Source of the DNA: Minisyncoccota bacterium
Lineage (GTDB): Bacteria; Patescibacteriota; Minisyncoccia; Phycocordibacterales; SBAW01
Reading direction: 5' to 3'
Assembly: GCA_035548815.1 (NCBI GenBank)
Contig: DASZSF010000004.1
Coordinates: 57,261 to 121,260, forward strand
Length of the DNA: 64,000 nt
The position numbers were made by a program, and so were the translations under genes. Position 1 is the stretch's first letter, and each line of letters opens with the position of its first letter. The notes below the pieces were generated by a model that saw only the letters and a program-made list of their open reading frames with translations, had not been told where the DNA came from and searched no databases. Shown piece after piece: positions 20,375 through 30,835 of this stretch.

Positions 20375-21646
20375 ATGGAAACACCCATCATCAGCATAAA
20401 AAAAATCGGCAAGCGCTACACGCTCACGCACCAGCAGGGCGGCTATGTCGCCTTGCGCGATGTCATCGCAAATATCGCCCGACGCCCGTTCGCGTTCCTC
20501 AAACACAAAGCGAAGAATGCGGTGGGCCTTGCGCATAGGGAAGAATTCTGGGCGCTGCGCGACGTCAATTTCGAAGTCCACAAAGGCGAGGTTATCGGCA
20601 TCATCGGCAGCAATGGCGCGGGCAAGTCGACACTGCTTAAGATACTGTCGCGCATTACCGCGCCTACCGAAGGTGAAATAGTGCTCCGCGGCAGGGTCGG
20701 AAGCCTGCTTGAAGTAGGGACCGGCTTCCACCCCGAACTTACGGGGCGGGAAAATATCTTTCTCAACGGCGCAATACTGGGCATGACACGCCAGGAAATC
20801 GCCCGAAAGTTCGACGAAATAGTCGCGTTCGCCGGCATTGAACAGTTCCTCGACACGCCGGTAAAGCGCTATTCGAGCGGCATGTACGTGCGGCTCGCCT
20901 TTTCTGTTGCCGCCCACATGGAGCCCGACATCCTCATTGTGGACGAGGTGCTTGCGGTGGGCGACGCGGAGTTCCAGAAAAAATGCCTGGGCAAGATGGA
21001 AGAAGTCACTCAAAAAGAAGGCCGCACGATAATTTTCGTGAGCCACAATCTGGAGGCCATTGCATCGCTATGCAACCGGTGCGTGCTGTTGCAAAAAGGC
21101 ACCGTGGCCCGCGTAGGCCCTTCACAGGAAGTAATCGACTATTATTTGAGCAATAGCCGGAGCCTCAATGCGACTACTGAATACGCCGCAAAAAAGAACA
21201 TCGCGGCGCAGATACGTACAGTGAGAGTATTGCACGGAGATTCCCCTTCTTCCCACATACCTATTCATGCGGGGGTCACAGTGGAAGTAGATTTCGAAGT
21301 CTATGAACCACTGCCCAAAGCGACTATCGCGCCGAGCATATTCCACAACGGGATAGAGCTTATCCACTCCTACGAAAGCGACAGCACGGGGAGGCTCACG
21401 AACTACGCGCCGGGACGCTACACCACAAAGATCACGATTCCGCCTTTCGTACTTAACGTCGGGCATTTCAGCGCCGCCGTTGCCATTGACCAGCCCGGGT
21501 TCGCAGTGATCGACAAAGTAAAAGAAATTGATTTTCAGATCACCGATGGAGAAAATCCAAAAACATCCATCATGAAGGACAACACCGCCGGTCCCGTGGG
21601 AGTATTGCTTGAGTATGAAACTACGCATACTGCCGCGCACGAATAA
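20375..21646 (+). CDS. wzt: Polysaccharide ABC transporter ATPase with C-terminal Wzt_C-like domain
   Basis: GSNGAGKST, YSSGMYVRLAF, VDEVLAVGD, VSH; beta-rich C-terminal extension. Confidence 0.94.
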   Translation: METPIISIKKIGKRYTLTHQQGGYVALRDVIANIARRPFAFLKHKAKNAVGLAHREEFWALRDVNFEVHKGEVIGIIGSNGAGKSTLLKILSRITAPTEGEIVLRGRVGSLLEVGTGFHPELTGRENIFLNGAILGMTRQEIARKFDEIVAFAGIEQFLDTPVKRYSSGMYVRLAFSVAAHMEPDILIVDEVLAVGDAEFQKKCLGKMEEVTQKEGRTIIFVSHNLEAIASLCNRCVLLQKGTVARVGPSQEVIDYYLSNSRSLNATTEYAAKKNIAAQIRTVRVLHGDSPSSHIPIHAGVTVEVDFEVYEPLPKATIAPSIFHNGIELIHSYESDSTGRLTNYAPGRYTTKITIPPFVLNVGHFSAAVAIDQPGFAVIDKVKEIDFQITDGENPKTSIMKDNTAGPVGVLLEYETTHTAAHE

Positions 21647-21660
21647 CCTGTAGAGCCTGT

Positions 21661-22743
21661 ATGAGAAAAATATTTGTTCAGCAGTCAAGCCCCGTATTCG
21701 CGCACAATAAAATATTCGAAACGCTCGACCTCAACCGGCTCAACGCGGGCTGGATAGAGATGAAGAAACAGTTCGCGGAGCTCGGATACGACCTCATGAG
21801 CGCCGACGACCACAGCCTTTCTGACTGCGAGGGAATCATATTTTTCAACGCCGATAGCCTCGTCTTTCCTATGCCGCTCTCCAAGAGGCTTTCGCGCCGC
21901 CTGTACAAACTGCTTGGCAGAAACGTGGCGACTCCTTACCCTTCTCGCCCGCTCTACGACGAGGCGCTGGCCGCAGGGCTCCGCGAAAGAATGGTGCTCG
22001 TGCTGTGGGAGCCCAGGACCGTGCTGGCGTCTAACTTTGATCCGAAGATATGGAAGATGTTCGACCACATACTGACCTGGGATGACGATCTCATCGGAAC
22101 CCCGCCCTTTGAGCGGTTTGTTATTCCTATGGAAGGCAATGACGTGCGCGCGGAACCGATGCCGTTTGAAGAGAAAAAGCTGCTCGTGAATATTTCCATA
22201 AACAAATATTCTTCGTACAAGAACGAGCGGTACTCTGCCCGCCGAACAACAAGCGCGTACTTTGACAAACACTATCCCCGTGACTTCGACCTCTATGGGC
22301 TCCGGTGGAACAAGCCCGTGACCTTCCTGCAAAAACTATTTCCCTTCCTCGTACAGCACTACTCGACATACCGCGGCCATGCGGGCAACAAACTGGACAT
22401 ACTCGCCCGGTACAAATTCAACCTGTGCTACGAAAACACGTCCGATGCGAAAGGGTACGTGTGCGACAAAATATTTACCTCGTTCCATGCCCGTTCCGTG
22501 CCGGTCTACTGGGGCGCTTCCAACATAGAGGAATATATTGACCCTGACGCCTTCGTTGACAGGCGGGCGTTCGCATCCGACCGCGAACTAGCCGAATTCC
22601 TGGTGAGCGTGACGAAGGAGCGTTACCAACAGTACCTCGACGCGGCAGAGCGCTATATGCAGAGCGAAAAATATGCTACATTCCTTCCTAAGAATTTCGC
22701 ACGGGCATTTATACGGACCCTTAAGCTAGAACCCACACAATGA
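21661..22743 (+). CDS. GT10 family (alpha-1,3-fucosyltransferase-like) glycosyltransferase
   Basis: YKFNLCYENTSDAKGYVCDKIFTSFHARSVPVYWG matches the GT10 motif. Confidence 0.85.
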   Translation: MRKIFVQQSSPVFAHNKIFETLDLNRLNAGWIEMKKQFAELGYDLMSADDHSLSDCEGIIFFNADSLVFPMPLSKRLSRRLYKLLGRNVATPYPSRPLYDEALAAGLRERMVLVLWEPRTVLASNFDPKIWKMFDHILTWDDDLIGTPPFERFVIPMEGNDVRAEPMPFEEKKLLVNISINKYSSYKNERYSARRTTSAYFDKHYPRDFDLYGLRWNKPVTFLQKLFPFLVQHYSTYRGHAGNKLDILARYKFNLCYENTSDAKGYVCDKIFTSFHARSVPVYWGASNIEEYIDPDAFVDRRAFASDRELAEFLVSVTKERYQQYLDAAERYMQSEKYATFLPKNFARAFIRTLKLEPTQ

Positions 22744-23591
22744 AACGCACGACGGCACCGAACAAAAAAACTCCCAAGACCTTGCGCAACCTCGTCATCG
22801 GGTCAGAAGGATTCCTCGGCAGCACGTTGTGCAGTTTTTTGGAAGGCAAAGGCGAGTCCGTAACGCGTTTTGACATCAAACGGTCCAAAAAAGAAGATGC
22901 TCGCACGGCGAACTTGCACCTGGAAAAATTCGACCGGGTATATTTTCTTGCGTGGGAGGTAGGAGGCTCCAAGTACCTCTACCGCCACGACACCCAGCTC
23001 CAGCAGCTCAACTGGAACATCGACCTGCTGCAAAATGTCATGAAGCAGTTGCAGAAGCACGAGACACCCTTCGTATTTGTCTCAAGCCAGCTCGCCGACG
23101 AGACCGACACCATTTACGGCGCGCTCAAAAAGGTCGGCGAACTGTGGACCGCGCAGATAGACGGTGCATGCGTCCGCTTGTGGAATATCTATGGGTCGCA
23201 GGAAACGCTCGACGAAAAAAGCCACGTCATAAGCGACTTCGTGCACCAGGCCGTGTATAAAAAGACCATTGCCATGATGACGACGGGCGAAGAGCGGCGG
23301 CAGTTCACGCATGTGCTCGACGTATGCGAAGCGCTGCACCTCATCTTGGAGCAGAAGCTCCATGGCGCTGTCTACGACCTGACTACGTTTGAATGGATAA
23401 CGATACGCGAAGTAGCCGACATCATTGCCTTCCATGCCAGCGCGCGCGTGGTGCCAGGCACAATGCGGGGTGTGGACCGGGCATACGCTACTATCAAAGG
23501 CCGCCCGCCCGGATGGGCGCCGCGCATACGACTCGAAGAGGGACTGAAAGGTCTGATAGAAAATATCAGACAAAAAAAGCGCATATCATGA
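22740..23591 (+). CDS. NAD-dependent epimerase/dehydratase
   Basis: GSEGFLG Rossmann motif, YGALK, NIYG, RQFTHV. Confidence 0.85.
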   Translation: MKRTTAPNKKTPKTLRNLVIGSEGFLGSTLCSFLEGKGESVTRFDIKRSKKEDARTANLHLEKFDRVYFLAWEVGGSKYLYRHDTQLQQLNWNIDLLQNVMKQLQKHETPFVFVSSQLADETDTIYGALKKVGELWTAQIDGACVRLWNIYGSQETLDEKSHVISDFVHQAVYKKTIAMMTTGEERRQFTHVLDVCEALHLILEQKLHGAVYDLTTFEWITIREVADIIAFHASARVVPGTMRGVDRAYATIKGRPPGWAPRIRLEEGLKGLIENIRQKKRIS

Positions 23592-25600
23592 CGCTACAAA
23601 GGCAGCGACGTATCCCAAACATACTTCTCATCGGCGCAGGCCGATTTGGAGAAATACATTTGCAAAAGTTACTAGCCCTTCAAAAAGAAGGCCTGCTCTC
23701 TTTGCTTGGCGTTGTGGTCGCTTCATCTGCTACCCGCGACAGGATACAAAAAACATACGGCGTGCAGGTGTGGACTGAACTGAGCGACGCAGTGCTCGCG
23801 CACACAGATGCGGTCGACATTGTGACTCCTCCGGAAACACATGCGGAACTTGCCCTGCGATGTCTGCAATATGCTGATGTATTGATCGAAAAACCGCTTG
23901 CAACGAACCTTGCGGATGCCCGAGCCATGGAAGCATGCGCGAAAAAATACAAACGTGTCCTTATGGTCGGATATATCTTCCGATTTGACCCGATGCTCAT
24001 AAAGCTCAAAAAATTACTCTCCCCTTTCCCGCGAGGGAACGTACACATACGCGGAGAATTTATCAACCCTCGCACGCACGATGACGGGCGGGACCCGGTG
24101 CTTGAAATGTCTCATCCCCTCGACAGTATTCGCTTCGTCAGCAGGCTTGGCGCTCCAACTCTCGTTACGCATGTCCCACATGCCCGCACCTCGACGCTTG
24201 AGATACAGTACGCGCCTACGATACATGCCACAGTGAACATGGGTTGGGAGGGCGAGGCCAAGCGGCGGACTCTCACCTACACGTTCGACACCAAAGAGAT
24301 CCATGCCGACTTTATGGGAAGAACAATTGAGATCAAAGATCGATTCAAAAATATCACAAAAAACATCCGGATTCCGCACACTGCTAATGATCCTCTAACA
24401 GAAGAGATCGTGCGGTTTCTTGACGTGATACGAGGTAAAAAAGTTTCCTATCCTACCGCCGCAGACGGTGTCGGTATACTCGAACTCAAGGAACAAGCAG
24501 TACCGACATCTTCAAACAAAAAACGTCCTCGCGTTGCCATCATTGGAGCCGGCATATTCGGCACGAACTGCGCTATTGAGCTGGCGAAATTCTGCGATGT
24601 CGTACTTATAGAAAGGAATGAGGACATCTTGCAGGAGGCCTCATTCGTCAACCAGTACCGCCACCATTGGGGATACCACTATCCGCGCAGCAGTGAGACG
24701 GTGCGCGATATTGCGGTTGCGCTTCCCACATTTGAGACCAGGTACGAAAAAGCTATCATACGCAACTTTCCTACATACTATGCGATTGCGAAATCAGGCT
24801 CTCGTGTAACTCCCCGAGAGTACCTTGATTTTTGTCGAGCACATGGGCTCGCATTCACGAAAGAATTCCCAGACCCTGAGTTCCTCAATAGAAACAAAGT
24901 ATCGCTTTCTTTAAAGACCCTTGAGCCGATATATAATTACGACATACTAGTAGACATAACCAAAAAGCTCTTAGGCCGGAATTCTATCGAGATACGACTC
25001 TCGACCGCAGTACAAGGCGGCCGGATCAAAAAAAATGGTGCTAAGGAACTCTCGTTAAAAAGCAGGAAGGGGGTCTATAAAGAACCTTTTGATTATGTGA
25101 TCAATGCAACCTATGCTCAATACAACCAGCTGGCTCACTGGTTCAACTTCCCGATCAAGCCAATACGTATCGATCTGGTGGAAGCCCTTATCGTACAGTT
25201 GCCGCTGCCCCGAATCTCGCTTGCAGTGATGGACGGTCCGTTTACCAATCTTGTACCAACCTCCACAGACGGCTTGTTTACTCTCGTACACATCCGCGAG
25301 TCGATATTGGAACGGTACGTACCCCGTACAGGGCTTCCTAATGTCAGCAGAAAGATACGGAAACGGAATGTGGCTCAAACTCTCAAAAAGAGCCGCGCGT
25401 GGTTTCCCATTCTGTCTCACGCTACCATACAGGAGGTCCGCTATACCCTACGGGCGGTCAACGCAGGACGCGAGAGGGACGATGGACGCCCGTCGGATGT
25501 TTCATACCATGGCTTTGGGATATGGTCGGTATTAGGAGGCAAAATAATCAACTCCGTTATTGCTGCACAGGAGATAGCGAACCAGATACGCAAGGATTGA
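23588..25600 (+). CDS. Gfo/Idh/MocA oxidoreductase fused to a FAD-dependent oxidoreductase
   Basis: IGAGRFG and IEKP in the N-domain; IIGAGIFG and NQYRHHWGYHYPRS in the C-domain; ATGA overlap with the upstream gene fixes the start. Confidence 0.82.
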   Translation: MTLQRQRRIPNILLIGAGRFGEIHLQKLLALQKEGLLSLLGVVVASSATRDRIQKTYGVQVWTELSDAVLAHTDAVDIVTPPETHAELALRCLQYADVLIEKPLATNLADARAMEACAKKYKRVLMVGYIFRFDPMLIKLKKLLSPFPRGNVHIRGEFINPRTHDDGRDPVLEMSHPLDSIRFVSRLGAPTLVTHVPHARTSTLEIQYAPTIHATVNMGWEGEAKRRTLTYTFDTKEIHADFMGRTIEIKDRFKNITKNIRIPHTANDPLTEEIVRFLDVIRGKKVSYPTAADGVGILELKEQAVPTSSNKKRPRVAIIGAGIFGTNCAIELAKFCDVVLIERNEDILQEASFVNQYRHHWGYHYPRSSETVRDIAVALPTFETRYEKAIIRNFPTYYAIAKSGSRVTPREYLDFCRAHGLAFTKEFPDPEFLNRNKVSLSLKTLEPIYNYDILVDITKKLLGRNSIEIRLSTAVQGGRIKKNGAKELSLKSRKGVYKEPFDYVINATYAQYNQLAHWFNFPIKPIRIDLVEALIVQLPLPRISLAVMDGPFTNLVPTSTDGLFTLVHIRESILERYVPRTGLPNVSRKIRKRNVAQTLKKSRAWFPILSHATIQEVRYTLRAVNAGRERDDGRPSDVSYHGFGIWSVLGGKIINSVIAAQEIANQIRKD

Positions 25601-25602
25601 AC

Positions 25603-26463
25603 ATGCAGAAATTTCAGCTCACTACTCCAATATTGCTCGTAGGGTTTACTCGTTTCGAAACGGCTCAAAATGTGTTCGATGAGATACGAAAGGCAAAACC
25701 TCGGCAATTTTTCCTGGCAGTAGACGGGCCGCGCGAGGGACGACTGGATGATATAGAACGTTGTAATAAAACTAAGCAAATCGCTGCACAGGTGGATTGG
25801 GAATGCGAGGTGCACACCCTCTTTCAGGAAAAGAACCTCGGTTGTGGCGTAGGCACGACGCGCGCGATTAATTGGATGTTCGAGCACGTAGAAGAAGGCA
25901 TCATTTTCGATGATGACTGCGTACCAGACCAGTCATTCTTCCGGTTTTGCCAAGAACTGCTGGAATACTACAAGGATGACCCCAGCGTGATGCACATTAG
26001 CGGCGACAACTTCCAAATGGGCAGGAAACGCGGCAATGCATCATATTATTTCTCGCGCTATACGCATAACTGGGGGTGGGCAACATGGAGGCGCGCGTGG
26101 AAGCACAATGATTTCGAAATGCTTCCTCCAGAATTACGCCGCCACATTTGGGACAAGCAGTGGCTCAAGTCAGTCGAGCGCATGGGGGGGTTGGCAATTT
26201 TGCCCAATGTAAACTTGATAACCAATATCGGTGATGGGCCGGGTGCCACGCACACAGAGGGTGACAGCCCCTTCCTTCGGCTTCCGGTCGCGCCTATGCC
26301 CTTTCCGCTGGTACACCCGGCACGCATCCAGAGGAACGCGCGCGCCGATTGGTACACCTACCGCACCATGTTCGGTGGCACGCTGTATGCATACCTGCTG
26401 CAGAAATTCCTGCGCACCATACCCGTGGGGGTGAAAACGAAAATTAAGAGTGTTGTAAGATAA
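25603..26463 (+). CDS. GT-A fold nucleotide-diphospho-sugar transferase
   Basis: AVDGPR, NLGC, FDDDC, WGWATWRRAW, NLITNIG. Confidence 0.85.
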   Translation: MQKFQLTTPILLVGFTRFETAQNVFDEIRKAKPRQFFLAVDGPREGRLDDIERCNKTKQIAAQVDWECEVHTLFQEKNLGCGVGTTRAINWMFEHVEEGIIFDDDCVPDQSFFRFCQELLEYYKDDPSVMHISGDNFQMGRKRGNASYYFSRYTHNWGWATWRRAWKHNDFEMLPPELRRHIWDKQWLKSVERMGGLAILPNVNLITNIGDGPGATHTEGDSPFLRLPVAPMPFPLVHPARIQRNARADWYTYRTMFGGTLYAYLLQKFLRTIPVGVKTKIKSVVR

Positions 26464-26467
26464 GGCA

Positions 26468-27391
26468 GTGCCAATCCAAAGCCCTATCACAGGTTCGGAC
26501 AATACGACGCTGGAACGCGAGATTCCTTCGCGCGAGATCATAGACGCGTACCAGAAAGAGCTCGGCATGGATGTTTCCCATTTTTTTGCGGGCATAGAAG
26601 CAGTGAGCGTCTATACATGCAGGGACACAGGCTACCGCTTTTACCACCCGCTTACCCTAGCGGGCGACGACGCGTTCTACCAGGAGGTCGAAAAGTTCCC
26701 CTGGTACTACATGGACTGGAAGTGGGAGCATGGCGTCGCGGACGGGTTGATACAAAAAGATGAGTCGGTGTTGGAGATTGGGTGCGCTCGGGGCAGCTTC
26801 CTTAAAAAACTGCGGGAGCGCGGCGTGCATGTTGAAGGGCTCGAGATGAACACCAAGGCGCTTGAGGAATGCCGCGCTGCCGGGCTTACTGTTCATCCCG
26901 ACTCTATAGAGGGGTTTTCTGCGAGTAAGAAGGGCATGTACGATGTCGTGTGCTCGTTCCAGGTGCTCGAGCATGTGCCGCATGTGCGCGAGTACCTTGA
27001 AGCATCGCTCGCGGTACTCAAGCCAGGCGGGCGCATGATAGTGAGCGTCCCCAACAACGATAGCCTCGTACTCTCTTCAGGCGGCCCTGATACCCTTAAC
27101 GCCCCGCCTCACCACATGGGGCTATGGGACCCCAATTCCCTTATCGCGCTCCAGAGATATTTCAATATGACTATTGAAGGTTTGTATCTGGAGCCTCTGC
27201 AGGAATACCACGCTGGATTCGCGAGCAAGATTGCCAGCGCCGCTATAGGAACAAAAGTAGCGGACAAGCTACCGCTCCCCCACGGCCTCGTAGCCAAGCT
27301 TGCCGGCCGCTTCGGCTACACCGCCGCCTCCGCCCTTGCCCCCCATATCGTTGGTCACAGTATGATTGCAGTATTTACAAAGAATGGATGA
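26468..27391 (+). CDS. Class I SAM-dependent methyltransferase
   Basis: VLEIGCARG, FQVLEHV, LKPGG, SVPN, PPHH. Confidence 0.9.
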   Translation: MPIQSPITGSDNTTLEREIPSREIIDAYQKELGMDVSHFFAGIEAVSVYTCRDTGYRFYHPLTLAGDDAFYQEVEKFPWYYMDWKWEHGVADGLIQKDESVLEIGCARGSFLKKLRERGVHVEGLEMNTKALEECRAAGLTVHPDSIEGFSASKKGMYDVVCSFQVLEHVPHVREYLEASLAVLKPGGRMIVSVPNNDSLVLSSGGPDTLNAPPHHMGLWDPNSLIALQRYFNMTIEGLYLEPLQEYHAGFASKIASAAIGTKVADKLPLPHGLVAKLAGRFGYTAASALAPHIVGHSMIAVFTKNG

Positions 27392-29021
27392 CACGCGACA
27401 CATAAGTTTCGTCATACCCGCATACAACTGCGCAGATACGCTCGCAGAGGCTGTCGAGTCTATCTACAACGGCAATTTCGAAGACGGCGACGAGGTGATA
27501 GTGATCGATGACGCCTCGACCGACACTACACCAAAAGTCATTGAAGGACTGCGCATAGCTCACCCAGATCTTATGGTTCTCACTAATGAGCAAAACAAAG
27601 GCTGCCCCGCGACACGTAATGTTGGCATACATGCCGCACGCAACGGACTTATTTTTAACCTTGATGCCGACAATATACTCGCGCCCGGCAGCGTAGCAAA
27701 GCTTAAAACTGTTCTCACAGAAAAGAATGCCGACGTTGCTGCATTTAGCGAATACCATTACTTCAAAGGCAGTGATAAAAAAGTCACTCACAAATGGATC
27801 TACCCATACGACACGCTCACGCTCGCCGACCTTCTTGCAAGCCATATTAACCCCGGGCCCGGCGGCAACTTCCTCTATACCAAAGCAAGCTGGGAGAAGG
27901 TCGGCGGGTATTGGGAATATGGCAAAGGCTTGCACGAAGCATGGGGCTTTACTTTGAAACAGCTGGCTCACGGAGCGCGCATGGTCGTGCCTCCTCATTC
28001 GTACTATCTGCATCGCTATGGCGTCAATTCCTTATTTGACAGAGAATCGAAGGAACTGGAGAGAAGTTCACTCACGGCAACAAAGATGCTGGAGCCGTTC
28101 CTTGATCTTCTTGATACAGACGACGCTGCATACATACGAAGTGAAGAAGGATCACGAACATGGTTCGAGACCCTTCCCGTGCGACCCATACGCCTTGCAT
28201 CCCACACGCCAGGGAGGACTGGGTACAAAACGTCCCGCACATCCCGTATGCCGGGTTACACCATAGCGCGCAACATACTGCGGCGCGCAATGCCTCGCTC
28301 TCTTGTCCACTGGCTACGCGCACAGCGGCTGATGCGAGCGTACAGGAAGGACTTTTCGACGTTCAAGACACTCTCACAGGCACAGGGGCGCGGCGAGCCG
28401 CTGTGGGACGATCGCCGTCCGGAATTGTTCGACAATACCTCAACCACACCGTTTGACGCTCACTACATATATCACCCGGCCTGGGCTGCGCGTGTGCTGC
28501 ACAGGACCAACCCCTCCCTTCATATTGATATTTCTTCGACGCTGACTTTTTCCTCCATACTTTCCGCTTTTATACCCGTGCGGTTTTACGACTATCGCCC
28601 CGCGCCACTCAAGCTTTCCAATTTTGAATCACTACATGCGGACCTCACAGCACTGCCATTTCAAGACGGGAGCATTGCATCGCTTTCGTGCATGCACACC
28701 ATCGAACATATCGGGCTTGGCCGGTACGGCGACCCTCTGGACCCAAACGGAGACCGCACAGCAATAGCCGAGCTTATACGCGTACTCGCGCCAGGAGGCA
28801 ACCTTTTGTTTGTAACGCCCGTAGGAAAGCCGCGCGTACGCTTTAATGCTCATCGGATCTACTCATACCGGCAGATCATGGAATACTTTAACGGCCTGGA
28901 ACTAGTCGAATTTTCTCTCCTTCCGGACGACATCAGCCAGGGCATTGTAGAGAATGCGAGCCAGGCACAGAGCGACGCGCAAAACTACGGATGCGGTTGC
29001 TTTTGGTTTAGAAAGCGGTAA
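27384..29021 (+). CDS. GT2 glycosyltransferase fused to a DUF268-like methyltransferase domain
   Basis: VIPAYN, DDASTD, LDADN; C-domain HIDISS, CMHTIEHIGLGRYGDPLDPNGD, FNAHRIY. Confidence 0.85.
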   Translation: MDDTRHISFVIPAYNCADTLAEAVESIYNGNFEDGDEVIVIDDASTDTTPKVIEGLRIAHPDLMVLTNEQNKGCPATRNVGIHAARNGLIFNLDADNILAPGSVAKLKTVLTEKNADVAAFSEYHYFKGSDKKVTHKWIYPYDTLTLADLLASHINPGPGGNFLYTKASWEKVGGYWEYGKGLHEAWGFTLKQLAHGARMVVPPHSYYLHRYGVNSLFDRESKELERSSLTATKMLEPFLDLLDTDDAAYIRSEEGSRTWFETLPVRPIRLASHTPGRTGYKTSRTSRMPGYTIARNILRRAMPRSLVHWLRAQRLMRAYRKDFSTFKTLSQAQGRGEPLWDDRRPELFDNTSTTPFDAHYIYHPAWAARVLHRTNPSLHIDISSTLTFSSILSAFIPVRFYDYRPAPLKLSNFESLHADLTALPFQDGSIASLSCMHTIEHIGLGRYGDPLDPNGDRTAIAELIRVLAPGGNLLFVTPVGKPRVRFNAHRIYSYRQIMEYFNGLELVEFSLLPDDISQGIVENASQAQSDAQNYGCGCFWFRKR

Positions 29022-29033
29022 ACACCCACAAGA

Positions 29034-29831
29034 ATGATCACTACTAAACTACAAGGCGGGCTCGGGAACCAGCTGTTTCAGTACGCAGCTGGGCGCGCAT
29101 TAAGCGAGCGGCATAACACGGACCTTGTGCTCGACATCGAGTTTTACGGACGGCAGGAATTGCGGGCATATACGCTCGGCAAGTTCAGCATTTCTGCGCG
29201 CATAGCGTCACACAAAGAACCTGCGCGCGCCGACCGCCTTGTCGAAAAGGGATTCTCGTTCGATTCACGAGTGCCAGAGGCTGGCCCTGATACGTATCTG
29301 GAGGGCTACTGGCAAAGCGAGCGGTATTTCAAAGATATAGAATCTGTTATTCGCAGGGAGTTCGCGCTCAAAGATCCCGGCAACGGCGCGTTCAAGGAAG
29401 CGTTAGCCGAGTTGGGGCACGGGAATTCTGCCGTATCGCTTCACGTTCGCAGAACCGACTATCTCGCCCCCAAGCACCAGGGCATATACGCCCAGCTGAC
29501 TCCAGCATATTACCTGAACGCGCTGCAGATAATCGCAGAAAAAAATAAGGACCTCCGCGTCATCATATTTTCGGACGATGTGGCATGGGTGAAAGAAAAC
29601 CTGACCCTCCCTTTTCCAACACTCTACATGTCGGGGCGCGGATTTGTCGACTATGAGGAGCTTGTGCTCATGAGCGCATGCGCGCACCACATAACCGCGA
29701 ACAGCTCATTTTCCTGGTGGGGCGCATGGCTCAACCCACGCCGCGAAAAAATAGTGGTCACGCCAGAGCACTGGTTCGTGGACGGACGCGATGAGAGCGA
29801 CCTCATACCCCCATCATGGATACGACTCTAG
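29034..29831 (+). CDS. GT11 alpha-1,2-fucosyltransferase
   Basis: GGLGNQLFQYA, GYWQSERYF, HVRRTDY, FSDD, ANSSFSWWGAWL. Confidence 0.93.
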   Translation: MITTKLQGGLGNQLFQYAAGRALSERHNTDLVLDIEFYGRQELRAYTLGKFSISARIASHKEPARADRLVEKGFSFDSRVPEAGPDTYLEGYWQSERYFKDIESVIRREFALKDPGNGAFKEALAELGHGNSAVSLHVRRTDYLAPKHQGIYAQLTPAYYLNALQIIAEKNKDLRVIIFSDDVAWVKENLTLPFPTLYMSGRGFVDYEELVLMSACAHHITANSSFSWWGAWLNPRREKIVVTPEHWFVDGRDESDLIPPSWIRL

Positions 29832-30835
29832 CCCCCCCTCGCGTGACCGTACTTATGCCCGTGTACAATGGTGCGCGGTATCTGCGTGATGCCATGGACA
29901 GCATTCTAGCCCAGACCTATGCGGACTTCGAATTCCTGATAGTGGACGACGGCTCGACCGACGAAAGCGTGGAAATAATACGATCCTATACTGATCCTCG
30001 GATCCGACTGGAGCGAAACGGAATGAATCGAGGCCTGGTATACAGCTTGAACCGAGGCATCAGCCTGGCCCGGGGCGGATATGTGGCTCGCATGGACTGC
30101 GACGACATAAGCCTTCCGCAGAGGCTGGCCGAACAGGTGGCATATTTGGACAAACACCGGGACATCGCGGTATGCGGCACGTGGGTCAAGACGCTCGGAG
30201 AGAGAGCTGCTGCCTACGAATATTTCTTGGACCCGGAGGATATCAAAGCTTCGCTCCTATTCACTACGTCCCTCGCCCACCCTACTGTCATGCTCAGAAA
30301 GTCTTTGCTCAAGGAAGCGGGGCTCGAATACGACCCGGCGCATGCTCATGCGGAAGACTACGGGCTATGGGTATCTTTGGTCCATGCCGGATACAAGCTC
30401 GCGAACCTTCCTCTCGTGTCTCTTCTCTACAGGCGGCATGTGGCAAGCGTAAGCGCCGCTCATAGCAAAGCGCAAAAAGAAACAGCGTCCGGCATACGAA
30501 ATGCGCAGCTCGCTTGGCTCGGGATCGATGCGAGCGCGGAACATATGGAAATCCATAACGGCATCAAAGGCGGAGAAAACTTCGTGCGGGATGCGGAAGC
30601 ATGGCTTACTACGATTCTAAATGCCAACAAAACATCGCGCGTATACAGCCAGCTTTCGCTTGGGCGCGTGGTATACCGGCGCTGGCGGACCATCTGCGGA
30701 GCGAATGCGGGCAGCGGGCTTATGACATGGCGCATGTTCATACGCTCTCCTCTTTCTCATCTTGCAGGCAGGCGTGAACGATACCTCGACAGCGCGAAGT
30801 TTTTTATTAAAGGGCTGCTAGCGCGGCCAGGATAG
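29816..30835 (+). CDS. GT2 glycosyltransferase
   Basis: VLMPVYNG, DDGSTD, RMDCDD, HPTV, AEDY. Confidence 0.92.
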   Translation: MDTTLAPPRVTVLMPVYNGARYLRDAMDSILAQTYADFEFLIVDDGSTDESVEIIRSYTDPRIRLERNGMNRGLVYSLNRGISLARGGYVARMDCDDISLPQRLAEQVAYLDKHRDIAVCGTWVKTLGERAAAYEYFLDPEDIKASLLFTTSLAHPTVMLRKSLLKEAGLEYDPAHAHAEDYGLWVSLVHAGYKLANLPLVSLLYRRHVASVSAAHSKAQKETASGIRNAQLAWLGIDASAEHMEIHNGIKGGENFVRDAEAWLTTILNANKTSRVYSQLSLGRVVYRRWRTICGANAGSGLMTWRMFIRSPLSHLAGRRERYLDSAKFFIKGLLARPG

